Below, in pieces: positions 10,020-19,611 of a stretch of 64,000 nucleotides of DNA. How positions within the stretch are numbered: the stretch's first letter is position 1; every line of letters begins with the position of its first letter. The translations under genes were made by a program, and so were the position numbers. The notes below the pieces were generated by a model. The model made no database searches. It worked only from the letters and a program-made list of their open reading frames with translations, and was not told the origin of the DNA. The DNA comes from an uncultured Spirochaetota bacterium (GTDB lineage Bacteria; Spirochaetota; Spirochaetia; SZUA-6; CAVTHK01): positions 32,001 through 96,000 of the forward strand of contig CAVTHK010000005.1 of assembly GCA_963734495.1 (NCBI GenBank), in the 5' to 3' direction.

Positions 10020-11276
10020 GTGGAACGCGCCCGTTCGAGACACCCCTGCTTCCTCCCGGCCGCGGTCCTCTCGGCCCTGGCAGCCGCGGGCCCGATGGCA
10101 GCCCAGCCTGCGGAGGGCCGGGCGCCGGCACCGCGGGTCTGCGTGCTCTCCCCGGTGGACCTGAGCGACGGCGCCGGGTCGTCCGCCGGCGGTGTCGGCG
10201 ACGCGATCGCCGAGATCGTGGAGAAGCGCGCGGCCGCAGCCGGCCTCGAGGTGGTCGCTCGGGAGCGATGGGCCGCGGCCGCGGCCCAGGCTTCCGCCCG
10301 CGACCTGCTCCACGGTCCCGCGGCCGTGCGGCTGGCGGCGGCCGCCGGGGCGGACCTGGTGGTCACGGGCTTCTACCGCAGGGAGGCCGCGGGCCGCGCG
10401 CTGCTCGAGCTCAAAGGCTACGACGTGGCCGGCAGCCGGATCCTCGCGGCGGTGACGGCGCACACGCGGAGCGGCCTCGCGCTGTACGGCGCGACGGAGG
10501 CCGCCGCGGACCGCCTGGTCGCGGCCCTCAAGAACCCGCCCCCGCCGCCGCCCGGGCGCGCCGAGCGCGTGCAGCCGGGTCTCACGCAGATCACGCTCCT
10601 TTCGCCCGACGAAGGGGCAGCCGTCTTTCTCGCCGGAGAGGAGCCGGCCGGCAAGGTGTCGGGCGGCATCGTGACGCTCGAAGCCCCGGCAGGGACCGTT
10701 CTGGATATCGAGCTCCGCAAGCCCGGCTTCCATTCGCGGCGCTTCACCGTCGGCTCGCAGCCGGAAGAGACGCTGCCAGCGCTCGCGCCGGAGACGCGTT
10801 GGAGCGCGGGGCTGCTCCTCACCTCCGACCGCCTGATCGGCGCGGGCGTCACGGCGCGGCGCTATCTCCTGCCCGACCGCCTGTTCGCCGGCGCCGAGAC
10901 CTTTGTCTACAGCCCGCCCTCCGGCGACGAGCGCGGCCCGGGCTTCCGCGTCGACCTGCGCCTGCTGCTCGGCGGGCACGTTCCGGCGGATGCGCTGGCG
11001 CCCCTCCGCTTCGGCCTCGCGGCGGGCGCGGGGGTCCAGGTGCTGAACCTCCTCGATTCGGGGCCTCCTCATCTCGATCCCTACCTGAGCGCGGCCTCCG
11101 TGGGCCTCGAGCTCAGCATGAAGGGCTGGACCGCGTTCGCCCGCGCCGAGGCCAGGTATTCGCTGGACGTCGCGGATCAGAGCTGGGGCGGGACGTGGCA
11201 GTCGTGGAGCCTGCCGGGCCTGTCGGGCTGGAGCCTCCCGCCCCTGACCGCAGGCCTGGTGAGGAACATACGATGA
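10020..11276 (+). CDS. Exported protein (TolB-N/PEGA-like, beta-rich C-terminus)
   Basis: Signal-peptide-like N-terminus, ADLVVTGFY segment, PEGA-like ELRKPGF; start uncertain (GTG 10014 or 10020, after TGCTATACT). Confidence 0.6.
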   Translation: MERARSRHPCFLPAAVLSALAAAGPMAAQPAEGRAPAPRVCVLSPVDLSDGAGSSAGGVGDAIAEIVEKRAAAAGLEVVARERWAAAAAQASARDLLHGPAAVRLAAAAGADLVVTGFYRREAAGRALLELKGYDVAGSRILAAVTAHTRSGLALYGATEAAADRLVAALKNPPPPPPGRAERVQPGLTQITLLSPDEGAAVFLAGEEPAGKVSGGIVTLEAPAGTVLDIELRKPGFHSRRFTVGSQPEETLPALAPETRWSAGLLLTSDRLIGAGVTARRYLLPDRLFAGAETFVYSPPSGDERGPGFRVDLRLLLGGHVPADALAPLRFGLAAGAGVQVLNLLDSGPPHLDPYLSAASVGLELSMKGWTAFARAEARYSLDVADQSWGGTWQSWSLPGLSGWSLPPLTAGLVRNIR

Positions 11277-12496
11277 GGCCGCGGGCTGCCTGGCTCCTCG
11301 CAGCGCTCACGCTCGCGGCCGTCCCTGCCGCGGCCGAGAACGCGCCGAGACGGGTCCTCGTGTACTTGACGGCGCTTCCCGGCTCGGGTGTCAAGGACGG
11401 GGAGCTCGCCGCGCTCTACGAGACGCTGCTGGCGCGGCTCGCTGAGGACGCGCCGTCGGTCGTCGCGGCCGAAGCCCCGACGGTCGGCACCGCGCCCGCG
11501 GCCCCCGGCGAGCGTTCCCGCGAAGCCTGGGGCGCGGGCGCCGACGGCTGGCTCTGGGTCGGGGTGGGCGGCGGCGCCAAGGCGCTCGTTCTCCGCGTGC
11601 AGTCCTTCGACGTGGCCGCCGGCGGCGATCTGCGCGAGCGCACCTTCGAGAAGCCGCGGGCGGATCGGATCGAGGATTCGTTCTGGGACGAAGTCGTCGC
11701 CGAGGCGCAGAGCCGCTTCAGCGTGCCCGCGGCGCGCCGCGACGAGCGGTCCACGGCGGTGAGCGTCCACGCGGCGCCCGGGACGCGCATCAGCGGCCTG
11801 GCGGGCGGCGAGATCGTGGTCGGAGCCGGCGGGGAAGCGTCGGTCGCGCTGCCTTCGTACGGCACCTACACGCTCACGGCCACCCATCCGCAGTACCGGC
11901 CCTTCGCGAAGACCTTCTATCTCAAGGACATGCCCCTGCTCATCGAGTGCGACCAGATGCGCGTCGGCCCGTGGGCCCTCGAGCTCGGCCTCGACAGGCT
12001 CGCCTACCCTTCGTTCCGCCTCGCCTGGTTCGCGATCCCGGACCGGCTCCTCGTCGAAGTCGGCTGGACCAGCTACACCGTGGGGATCCCGCTGTGGGGC
12101 GACGAGGCGAACACCGATCGTCCGCTGAACCTCGTCGGCGCGTCCGCGAAGGTCTACCTGGGGCGCCCGGATGCGCTGCTCCGCCCGTATGCGGGGGCGG
12201 AGGCGTTCGTGCGGCTGCTGAACAACGGGAGCGGCGACTGGCTCGGGGTCGAGCTCGACGGCCGGTCCCACGCGGGATTCGGCGTGTCGGCGGGCGTCGA
12301 GCTCGGTCGCCATCCCGTGGTCAAGCCCTTCGTGCAGTACAACCCGCGGGCCTACGTGCTCACCGACGCCGAAGGGATCAGGTGGTATTACGAGACGCTC
12401 GACCTCTACCGCGGGGACGTCCCGCGCTACGTGTACGTCGGCCCCCTGCTGGCGGATCTGTTCGACTTCGAGGCGGGGGTGAGGATCCGCCTGTAG
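11273..12496 (+). CDS. Exported protein, probable outer-membrane beta-barrel; architecture similar to upstream gene
   Basis: ATGA overlap with the upstream stop, signal peptide ending AAA, alternating beta strands ending FEAGVRIRL. Confidence 0.6.
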   Translation: MRPRAAWLLAALTLAAVPAAAENAPRRVLVYLTALPGSGVKDGELAALYETLLARLAEDAPSVVAAEAPTVGTAPAAPGERSREAWGAGADGWLWVGVGGGAKALVLRVQSFDVAAGGDLRERTFEKPRADRIEDSFWDEVVAEAQSRFSVPAARRDERSTAVSVHAAPGTRISGLAGGEIVVGAGGEASVALPSYGTYTLTATHPQYRPFAKTFYLKDMPLLIECDQMRVGPWALELGLDRLAYPSFRLAWFAIPDRLLVEVGWTSYTVGIPLWGDEANTDRPLNLVGASAKVYLGRPDALLRPYAGAEAFVRLLNNGSGDWLGVELDGRSHAGFGVSAGVELGRHPVVKPFVQYNPRAYVLTDAEGIRWYYETLDLYRGDVPRYVYVGPLLADLFDFEAGVRIRL

Positions 12497-13448
12497 AAGG
12501 CGCGGCCGCTTCGAAGTTGATCGTGCGCCGGACCAGGTACTCCGGCCTTGCCTTGACCTCCTCGAAGATCCGCCCCAAGTAGCCGCCGATGACGCCGAGG
12601 GTCAGGAGCTGCACCCCAGAGAAGAACACGATCGCCGTGACGATGGAAGCCCACCCGGAAGCCGGATGGATGCGGGGCGACAGCACCGAGAACAGCACCC
12701 AGGCCAGGAGCAGCAGCCCGACGGCGATGCACACCAGGCCCAGCACGATGATGATCTCCAGCGGCCGCGTCGAGAAGTAGAAGACCCCCGTCGACGCGAG
12801 CCTCAGCAGCCGCCGCGTCGTGAAGCGCGAGCGGCCCGCGGCGCGGCCGCGCCTCTCGTACTCGAACGGCACCTGCCGGAAGCCGGTCCAGGTGATCAGG
12901 CCGCGGACGTACTTGTCGCGCTCGCCGAACCGCTTGAACGCGTCGATCACGGCGCGGTTGATGAGCTTGAAGTCGGCGGAGTCCGCCGGGATGCGGCGGC
13001 CCGAAAGCAGCCGCAGCACGCGGTAGAAGACGGCGGCCGAGAGCGAGCGCAGAAGCCCCGGGCGCACGCCGCCCCGGCGCACGCCGTAGACGACGTCGGC
13101 ACGCTGGCCGCGGAGCGCCTCGAGCATCGGGGAGAGCAGCGACGGCGGGTCCTGCAGGTCGGCGTCGAGCAGCAGCGCGAGATCCCCGCGGCAGCGGGCG
13201 ATCCCCGCCGACAGGGCCGCCTCTTTGCCGAAGTTGCGCGAGAACGCGATGACGCGCACCGCGGGGTCGGAAGCGGCCAGCCGCTCGAGCACCCCGTCGC
13301 TGCCGTCGTCGCTGCCGTCGTCGACGAAGATGATCTCGTGATCGGGCCCGACCGCTTCGAGGGCCGCCTGCCTGATCTCACGGTGGGCGCTCTCGAGCAG
13401 CGCGGCTTCGTTGTAGCAGGGCACGATCACGGACAACGCGACTGCCAT
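12378..13448 (-). CDS. GT2 polyprenol-phosphate glycosyltransferase (GtrB/YkoT-like)
   Basis: VPCYNE, DDGSDD, SRNFGKEAA, DADLQDPP motifs and two C-terminal TM helices. Confidence 0.9.
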   Translation of the reverse strand: MAVALSVIVPCYNEAALLESAHREIRQAALEAVGPDHEIIFVDDGSDDGSDGVLERLAASDPAVRVIAFSRNFGKEAALSAGIARCRGDLALLLDADLQDPPSLLSPMLEALRGQRADVVYGVRRGGVRPGLLRSLSAAVFYRVLRLLSGRRIPADSADFKLINRAVIDAFKRFGERDKYVRGLITWTGFRQVPFEYERRGRAAGRSRFTTRRLLRLASTGVFYFSTRPLEIIIVLGLVCIAVGLLLLAWVLFSVLSPRIHPASGWASIVTAIVFFSGVQLLTLGVIGGYLGRIFEEVKARPEYLVRRTINFEAAAPSTGGSSPPPRSRTDPPAGGRRTRSAGRPRGRGRASRNTT

Positions 13449-13538
13449 GGATCCGATTCTTGCGCGCGCGGCGGTCGAGGTCAATCTCGCGCGCGCCCCT
13501 CGCTTGACGGCGGCGCGTGGGCGCCCGTAGTGTGAGCC
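13449..13538. promoter_or_regulatory. Divergent sigma70-type promoters, both apparently leaderless
   Basis: Minus strand: TTGACC-N17-AAGAAT-N7-ATG. Plus strand: TTGACG-N18-TAGTGT-N5-GTG. Confidence 0.55.
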
Positions 13539-16061
13539 GTGGAGACCGGCGAACGCCTCCGCTCGCGCCTGCTCGCCGTCGCGCTGTATTCGGCGGCTGT
13601 GCTGGCCGTGTGCCTCAAGGTGCCCTATCTGCTCACCGCCGAGACGCTCACGGGCTGGGACACCGTCGGCCACCTGCACCTCGCCGCGGTCTACCGCGGG
13701 CTCGTAGCGGATCTGCGCTCCGCCGGCTATGACACGGGATGGTTCCAGGGGCAGCCTGCCTTCACTCTCTATCCTCCCTTCTTCTACTTCGTCGTCGCGC
13801 TGCTCGACGCCGTGATCGGGACGTGGCTCCCGCTCAGCGCCTCGTTCAACGCGGCGATCCTGCTGGTGCTGCTCTTTTCGAGCTGCGCGTACCTCAGCTT
13901 CGCCCGCGCGCTCCTCGCCGAGGAGCGCGACACGGCGTCGGGCGCGCTGCTCGCGGCCGCCGGGCTGCTCGTGCCGCTCAGCTACTCAGGCGACGGCCTG
14001 CAGGGCGCGGGGCTGGTCGGCGCGCTGGAGGGAACGTTCGTCTCCACGCTCGGCCTGGGCCTCGCGCTCATGGCGCTCGCCTCTCTCGAGCGCTACCGCC
14101 GCGAGCGCAGGCCGGCCTCGTTCGTCCGCTTCGTCTCGCTCGCGGCGCTGCTCTTCTACACGCACTACCTCTCGACGATCTTCTTCTACCTGGTCCTCGC
14201 GATCTACTTCGCGAGCTTCTGGAAGGACCTTAAAGGAAGGCTTGCAGCGGCGGCCGCGCTCGCACCCGCGGTCCTCGCTGCGCCCGTTGTGTGGCTGTTC
14301 CTCCGCGACGGCGCGTTCTCGTCGGCGGCCGCGCAGGCGACGTACTACCCGCCGCTGCTTTCGCTTCTCGGAAAGGACTTCTACGCGGCGTGGCGGGCGG
14401 ACGCATCGCTCGAGACGCTGGCGACGCAGCTGTTCGCGCGGCTCGCGATCGCGCGCGTGCTGCCGCTCCTGCTCTTCGCCGCCGGGCTCGGCCTCGTGCT
14501 CCGCGGGCGCCTGGCAACGCCGCAGGCGCGCTTCGCCGCGGCCGCGTCGCTCGCGCTGTTCTGGCTCGCGCTCGACACGAGCCCGGCGCTGCTCCTGCCG
14601 GGCCTGCCGGTGCACTGGTACCGCGCGTTCGACTTCTTTCTCGCGTTCCTGAGCCTCCTCGCGATCCTCGCCGCGGCCGAGCTCGCCGGACGGATGCGGG
14701 CGCGAATCCCGCGGGTCGCGCTGCCCGCGGCGCTGCTCGCCCTGCTGGCGCTGCGTTTCGCGGTCTGGGACCCGCTCGCGACGGAGGAGCAGCCCACGCT
14801 CAGCCTCACCCGCAGCCTGCGCGCCGACGCGGACGCGGCGCGCCTGGCCGCGTACCTCGGGACGCTGCCGAGCGGGTCCGTCATCCTGCCCGAGGTGCTG
14901 CGCACGCGCGCGACGCACGGGAGCCCCCACTGGCTCGACTACGTCATCCAATCCGCGGGCCACCGCAACGCGCTCGGCCTTACGGTCGAGAGCTCGCTCA
15001 CTGCCATGGTGACCTACGCCTACCTGTCGCAGGGGCTCGGGCAGGTCTTCGTGTGGGGGATCGACCCGTCGTGGGCGCAGGCGCTGTTCGGCGGGCTCTC
15101 ACCCGCCGCAGCCGGCCGGCTCGCGGCGCTCCCCGACTACCTCGCCGACGCGGGGATCGAGTACATCGTGACGCAGTCGGGCTCGGCGCGCGCCTACCTC
15201 GACGGGATGCGCGGCAGGTTCGAGCGCTCGTTCGCGAGCGGCCCGCTCGCGGTGTACCGCGTGACGGGCGCGCTCCCGCCGGTGACCCTGCTGCTCGACA
15301 AGCCGTGGGGCCTGGTTGACCTCGCGGCGCTCCGCGGCGAGCCGCTCGCGGCACGCCGGGTCTGGCGCGACTTCCTGCTCGAGGCGAACTGGGTGCGCCT
15401 CGCCGCGGGCATAGACCCCGTGATCAACCTCACGCCGCGGCCCGCCGCGATCGAGGCGCTCCGCGACCGGCTCGCCGGGCTGGTCGTCGTGAACACGTCG
15501 CCGACTCCCGCTGCGTATCACAGCCTCCCGGCCTTCGCGCGGTCTGGCTTCCGCCTCGTCCTCGTGGGCTTCGCGGAGTCGTCGGTGCCGCCGGCCGCGG
15601 GCGTCGAGCTGCTCGCGCCGCCGGCCGAAGGCGGCCCCGCCGTCGGCGCGATCCCGCGGGACGCGCCCGAGCCGCCGCGCGCTGCCGCGCCGGTGCGGCG
15701 CGCGCCGCCCGCGCGCGCCTCCATCAGCGGCTCCGCCGTGCGGGCGAGCCTCGAGGAGTCGGCACCGGGCTTCGCGGGCGCCGTGGAGGTCCGGCTCTCC
15801 TATTCCCCGCACTGGAAGAGCGAAGACGGGGCCATGATCTTCCAGACCGGGCTCAACCACATGCTGGTGCTGATGCCGGAGGGCGGGCCGGACGGCGCGC
15901 CCGCGAAGCCCGAGCTGCGTCTCGGCTTTTCGGTTCCGCTCGCGCGGATCACGACCGCGGCGATGGCGCTGCTCGCGCTCGCTGCCACGTGCGCCGGGCC
16001 GGCGGTGCGGCTCGCCTGCGCCGTAAGCGCGCGCGTGCGCGCGTCACGGAAGCCTGTGTGA
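13539..16061 (+). CDS. Large multi-TM protein, GT-C-like (PTPS-related/YfhO-like)
   Basis: GWDTVGH after TM1, WFQGQPAFTLYPP, many TM helices, a large extracytoplasmic domain and a terminal TM. Confidence 0.65.
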   Translation: METGERLRSRLLAVALYSAAVLAVCLKVPYLLTAETLTGWDTVGHLHLAAVYRGLVADLRSAGYDTGWFQGQPAFTLYPPFFYFVVALLDAVIGTWLPLSASFNAAILLVLLFSSCAYLSFARALLAEERDTASGALLAAAGLLVPLSYSGDGLQGAGLVGALEGTFVSTLGLGLALMALASLERYRRERRPASFVRFVSLAALLFYTHYLSTIFFYLVLAIYFASFWKDLKGRLAAAAALAPAVLAAPVVWLFLRDGAFSSAAAQATYYPPLLSLLGKDFYAAWRADASLETLATQLFARLAIARVLPLLLFAAGLGLVLRGRLATPQARFAAAASLALFWLALDTSPALLLPGLPVHWYRAFDFFLAFLSLLAILAAAELAGRMRARIPRVALPAALLALLALRFAVWDPLATEEQPTLSLTRSLRADADAARLAAYLGTLPSGSVILPEVLRTRATHGSPHWLDYVIQSAGHRNALGLTVESSLTAMVTYAYLSQGLGQVFVWGIDPSWAQALFGGLSPAAAGRLAALPDYLADAGIEYIVTQSGSARAYLDGMRGRFERSFASGPLAVYRVTGALPPVTLLLDKPWGLVDLAALRGEPLAARRVWRDFLLEANWVRLAAGIDPVINLTPRPAAIEALRDRLAGLVVVNTSPTPAAYHSLPAFARSGFRLVLVGFAESSVPPAAGVELLAPPAEGGPAVGAIPRDAPEPPRAAAPVRRAPPARASISGSAVRASLEESAPGFAGAVEVRLSYSPHWKSEDGAMIFQTGLNHMLVLMPEGGPDGAPAKPELRLGFSVPLARITTAAMALLALAATCAGPAVRLACAVSARVRASRKPV

Positions 16062-17183
16062 GTTGATCGTCTTGACGTCCCTGACGGGCCCGCCGCCCAG
16101 CGTGAACGGCGACCCGGAGATCTCGCTCAGCGTCCCGTCGGACCCCACCCCGTACACGCGGATGGTCCCCACGCCGGAGTTGTCGTCCCCGGCTGCGAAC
16201 ACGTAGCGGCCGCTGTGCGAAACGGCGAGCTTGGCTCCGTTCGCCGTGCCCAGCCCCTGGGCGAGCGAGAGGCTTCCGGTGTCGCCGTCGATCCGGTAAC
16301 GGTACAGCATGTCGTCGCTGCCCGCCGCGTACAGAAAGGCGCCCCAGTCGTCGACCGCGAGGCCGGTGGCGCTGAGGTTCGTCGCCCCGAAGCCAAGCCG
16401 GAAGGGCGAGCCGCTCACAGGCGTGAGCATGCCGGTCGAATCGATCCGGTAGCCGACTATGTTCTGGTCGCTCGTCGCGCCGAGGATGCCGTAGACGTAC
16501 GGCCCCGACGCGTCGAGCGCCAGGCGGATCGCGGCCGCGGCGGAGTTGACGGAGCCCAGCGGCCCCGACGGCAACCCGGCGTCGACCCCGTACCTCGTGA
16601 TGAACGTGGGCAGCCCGATGCCGAGGTAGAGGAAACGCCCGCCGGGATCGACGACCGCGTCGTACGGAGCGCACCCCACGCCGAGCGTGGCACCGAGGAA
16701 CGAGAGGGCGCCTGTCCCTGCGTCGAAACCGTAGCTCGTGATGGCCTGCGCGCTTCCCGAGTGGATGATGTGGGCGTACCTCTCCTTCGGGTCGATCGCC
16801 ATCGCGATGGGGCTGGTCAGCGTCGGGATGAAGGGGCCGATGCCGGGGAGGGTGGCGAGCGTCCCGTCGCCCTGGATCTGGAAGCCGTAGACGTTGTTGC
16901 TCAGGAACGGCAGGGCGTACAGGAACGATCCCGAAGGCGCGGCCGTCAGCATTCCGATGCATCCGGCGCCGAACGGGGAGCCGGCGAGCTTTGTGATCCG
17001 GCCCGTCCTCACGTCGACGTCGAACGCGTCCACGCCCGTCGCGCCGCCGGCGTAGAGGTACTCCTTGCCAAGGATCACGGCGAGCTCCTGGTCCGAAATG
17101 AAGAAGGGAGCCCCGCAGCCCGTCATGACCGCGAGAAACACTGAGGCGAACAAAAGCCCGGCAAAGCGTCGTCCGTTTCGCAT
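16044..17183 (-). CDS. Lactonase-family beta-propeller lipoprotein
   Basis: Lipobox VMTGC; repeated P.G.FLY...TG.L...GSPF blades. Confidence 0.8.
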   Translation of the reverse strand: MRNGRRFAGLLFASVFLAVMTGCGAPFFISDQELAVILGKEYLYAGGATGVDAFDVDVRTGRITKLAGSPFGAGCIGMLTAAPSGSFLYALPFLSNNVYGFQIQGDGTLATLPGIGPFIPTLTSPIAMAIDPKERYAHIIHSGSAQAITSYGFDAGTGALSFLGATLGVGCAPYDAVVDPGGRFLYLGIGLPTFITRYGVDAGLPSGPLGSVNSAAAAIRLALDASGPYVYGILGATSDQNIVGYRIDSTGMLTPVSGSPFRLGFGATNLSATGLAVDDWGAFLYAAGSDDMLYRYRIDGDTGSLSLAQGLGTANGAKLAVSHSGRYVFAAGDDNSGVGTIRVYGVGSDGTLSEISGSPFTLGGGPVRDVKTINSHRLP

Positions 17184-17246
17184 GCGCCGCGTCCTGACCT
17201 TCAATCTATCACTGTCGCGGCCCGGGCTCAAACGCTCTCGAACGCT

Positions 17247-18710
17247 TCACGGGAGCTTCAGCACCGCGAACGCCGCGTTCTCGTAGACGGCCTGCGCTCC
17301 GGCTGCCAGCAGCCGCACCAGGGCCCTCGCCTGCTCGCGCTTGTGCAGCAGCGCCCAGCGCGCGCCCAGCGCGTGGGGCGCCTCGAGGGGATCCGATGCC
17401 CCGCCTTCAATGAAGGCCCTGATCATCAGGTAGCGCGACCGGTCCGCTCCGTATGCGTAGGCGGGGTTCAGCCCGAAGGGATAGCGGTTGTGCAGGCTGC
17501 GAAAGAAGAGCTGGGGGAACCAACCCCACGAGGCCAGCACGAGGCTGTCCTCTTCGGTGTTCGCGGCAAGCCAGTCCGCCGCGTCAAAAGCGGGCCGTGG
17601 GTCGGCGAGCCGGTGCTGAACCAGCACGCGGTTGTAGATCTGGGGCAGCGACCACAGCGTCATGACCGCGAGGGCCGCCGCTGCCACCGCGGCGCGCACC
17701 CGCGGCGCGAGCGGCTGCCACGAGCACGCCGCCAGGGCCGCTACAGCCACGGGGACGAAGTACTCGATGCTCTTGAGCGACATCGCGAGCCCGAGCAGCA
17801 GGAGCGCCGCTGCTCCCGCGAGCGCCGAAGCCGCGGGCGGGCGCTCCGCGCGCGCGGCGAGCGCGAACGCGATGCCGGCGACCGGCAGGATCGCCCCGGC
17901 GAGCGCGATCGTTGCGTCCGGCGGCAGCCATTCGGCGATCGGCTCGAGGCCCGGCGGGTGCAGCCACTGGATGCCGAGCTCGAGCCAGTAGGCCGCGAAC
18001 TGCTTCGGGAAGCCGGGGTGCACGACGATCCCGGCCGCGGCCCCTGCCGCGGCCGCGACGAGCGCGGCAAAGCGGGGGCGGCCTTCATCCAGACTTCTCG
18101 CCGCGTCATGGAGCAGCGCGAGCATGATGAGCAGCGGGAACCCGGGGTAGGTCCACACGGCGAGGAAAGAAACGAGCGCGGTCAGGCGCGGCTTGTTGGA
18201 GACGAGCGTGTGGACGAAGAAGAACATCGCCGCGATGAAGAGCGTGCCCGCGCGTCCGAAAAGCCATCGCCCCGTGAAGATCGGAGACCCGAGCACGAGG
18301 AAGAGCGTCCAGAACCAGCGGTGCCGCGTCCCGAGCCTGCGCAGCAGCAGCACGAAGGCGAAGACGCCGAGCGCCGCGAAGGCGGCGGTGGCGAGCTTTG
18401 CCGCCGTGATGAGGTCGGGAGCGGCGAGCACGAACGGCACCTCGAGCCAGTGGAAGAGGAAATGGAAGTCGACGAACCGATCGGCCTGGATCGAGGCCGC
18501 CATCCACGGCAGGGTCTCGAGCCAGCCGCGGCTGCGCAGAAGGTCGGCGATGCGGATGTGATAGTAGGCGTCCGCGTCGAGAAGATAACCGCCCAGAAAG
18601 AGGAGGTAGAGAAAAAAGAGAAGGCTGCCGCACGCCAGCCACGCTTCGTCGTGTCGCGCCGCCCACGTCAGCCACGCCGGCGCGGCGCGCGGCCGCGATT
18701 CGCCGGACAC
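17247..18710 (-). CDS. GT-C membrane glycosyltransferase, STT3/AglB-like
   Basis: DADAYYH after TM1, PIAEWLP, AADWLAANT...VLASWGW; many TM helices. Confidence 0.6.
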   Translation of the reverse strand: MSGESRPRAAPAWLTWAARHDEAWLACGSLLFFLYLLFLGGYLLDADAYYHIRIADLLRSRGWLETLPWMAASIQADRFVDFHFLFHWLEVPFVLAAPDLITAAKLATAAFAALGVFAFVLLLRRLGTRHRWFWTLFLVLGSPIFTGRWLFGRAGTLFIAAMFFFVHTLVSNKPRLTALVSFLAVWTYPGFPLLIMLALLHDAARSLDEGRPRFAALVAAAAGAAAGIVVHPGFPKQFAAYWLELGIQWLHPPGLEPIAEWLPPDATIALAGAILPVAGIAFALAARAERPPAASALAGAAALLLLGLAMSLKSIEYFVPVAVAALAACSWQPLAPRVRAAVAAAALAVMTLWSLPQIYNRVLVQHRLADPRPAFDAADWLAANTEEDSLVLASWGWFPQLFFRSLHNRYPFGLNPAYAYGADRSRYLMIRAFIEGGASDPLEAPHALGARWALLHKREQARALVRLLAAGAQAVYENAAFAVLKLP

Positions 18711-18806
18711 AGATCGCCTCCCCGCCGCCGGCCACGATACCCGCGCATCGGCCGCCGGTCAAACCGATCGCCAGCGCGCCGTGACGGGTATATGCTCACG
18801 CGCAGC

Positions 18807-19559
18807 ATGGAAGAACAAGAGCGCGTCGAACAGGCACGCCGGCGCTTCGACGGAGAATTGCATACGGACGGATACCGGAAGGTCCATGAAGACGCTTCCC
18901 ACCTGGAAGCCCTGATGAATCTCCTCGATGTCCGGCCCGACGAGCGCTTGCTGGATCTGGGAACGGGCAACGGCTATCTGGCGTTTGAGATGGCTCGCAG
19001 ATTTCCGGACGCGACCGTCACGGGCCTCGACGTCGCTGCGCGCGCGATCCAGGTCAATCAGAAGCTCCAAAAGGAACGCGGAATAGGAAATCTCGACTTT
19101 GTTTCGTACGAAGGCACGAAGCTTCCGTTCGCCAACGCCCATTTCTCAGGGGCGATTTCCAGATATGCCTTCCATCATTTCCCTGACCCGGCCTTCTCGG
19201 TGCAGGAGCTGCACCGGGTGACCGATTCCCAGGGGGTTGTCGTGATCGCGGACCCGGTCACTTACGAAGACGACACGGCCGGTTTCATCGACGAGCTTCA
19301 GAAGCTCAAAGGGGATGGACACGTTCATTTCTTCGGAGTCGCGGAACTGGACGCGCTGTTTCGACGGTACGGGTTTGCCGCGGAAGCCCGGTTCCTGAGC
19401 ACGATCTCATATCCCCGGGATGCCGATCAAGCGTACCTGCGCCTGATCGAGAGGACGCCGGCATCGATCCTGCGCCGGTACCGCATCGAGCTTCGAGAGA
19501 ACACAGTGCATGTCACGGTGACCGTCCAGAACGTCCTCTATCGGAAGGTTGCTGCTTAG
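18807..19559 (+). CDS. Class I SAM-dependent methyltransferase
   Basis: LLDLGTGNG, GLDV, LPF and YAFHHFPD motifs. Confidence 0.88.
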   Translation: MEEQERVEQARRRFDGELHTDGYRKVHEDASHLEALMNLLDVRPDERLLDLGTGNGYLAFEMARRFPDATVTGLDVAARAIQVNQKLQKERGIGNLDFVSYEGTKLPFANAHFSGAISRYAFHHFPDPAFSVQELHRVTDSQGVVVIADPVTYEDDTAGFIDELQKLKGDGHVHFFGVAELDALFRRYGFAAEARFLSTISYPRDADQAYLRLIERTPASILRRYRIELRENTVHVTVTVQNVLYRKVAA

Positions 19560-19611
19560 CGCGGGATATGGCCCGCGCCCGCCGCCTGCGGGAGGCTCCG
19601 CGCTTTCCGGA

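Noticed and set aside
9146-12496. 1116-aa ORF, and similar long N-terminal extensions on lgt, aspartate kinase, the methyltransferase and permease 2
   Set aside because: The extensions overlap neighbouring real genes; starts were reset to internal codons, so these are not fusions.
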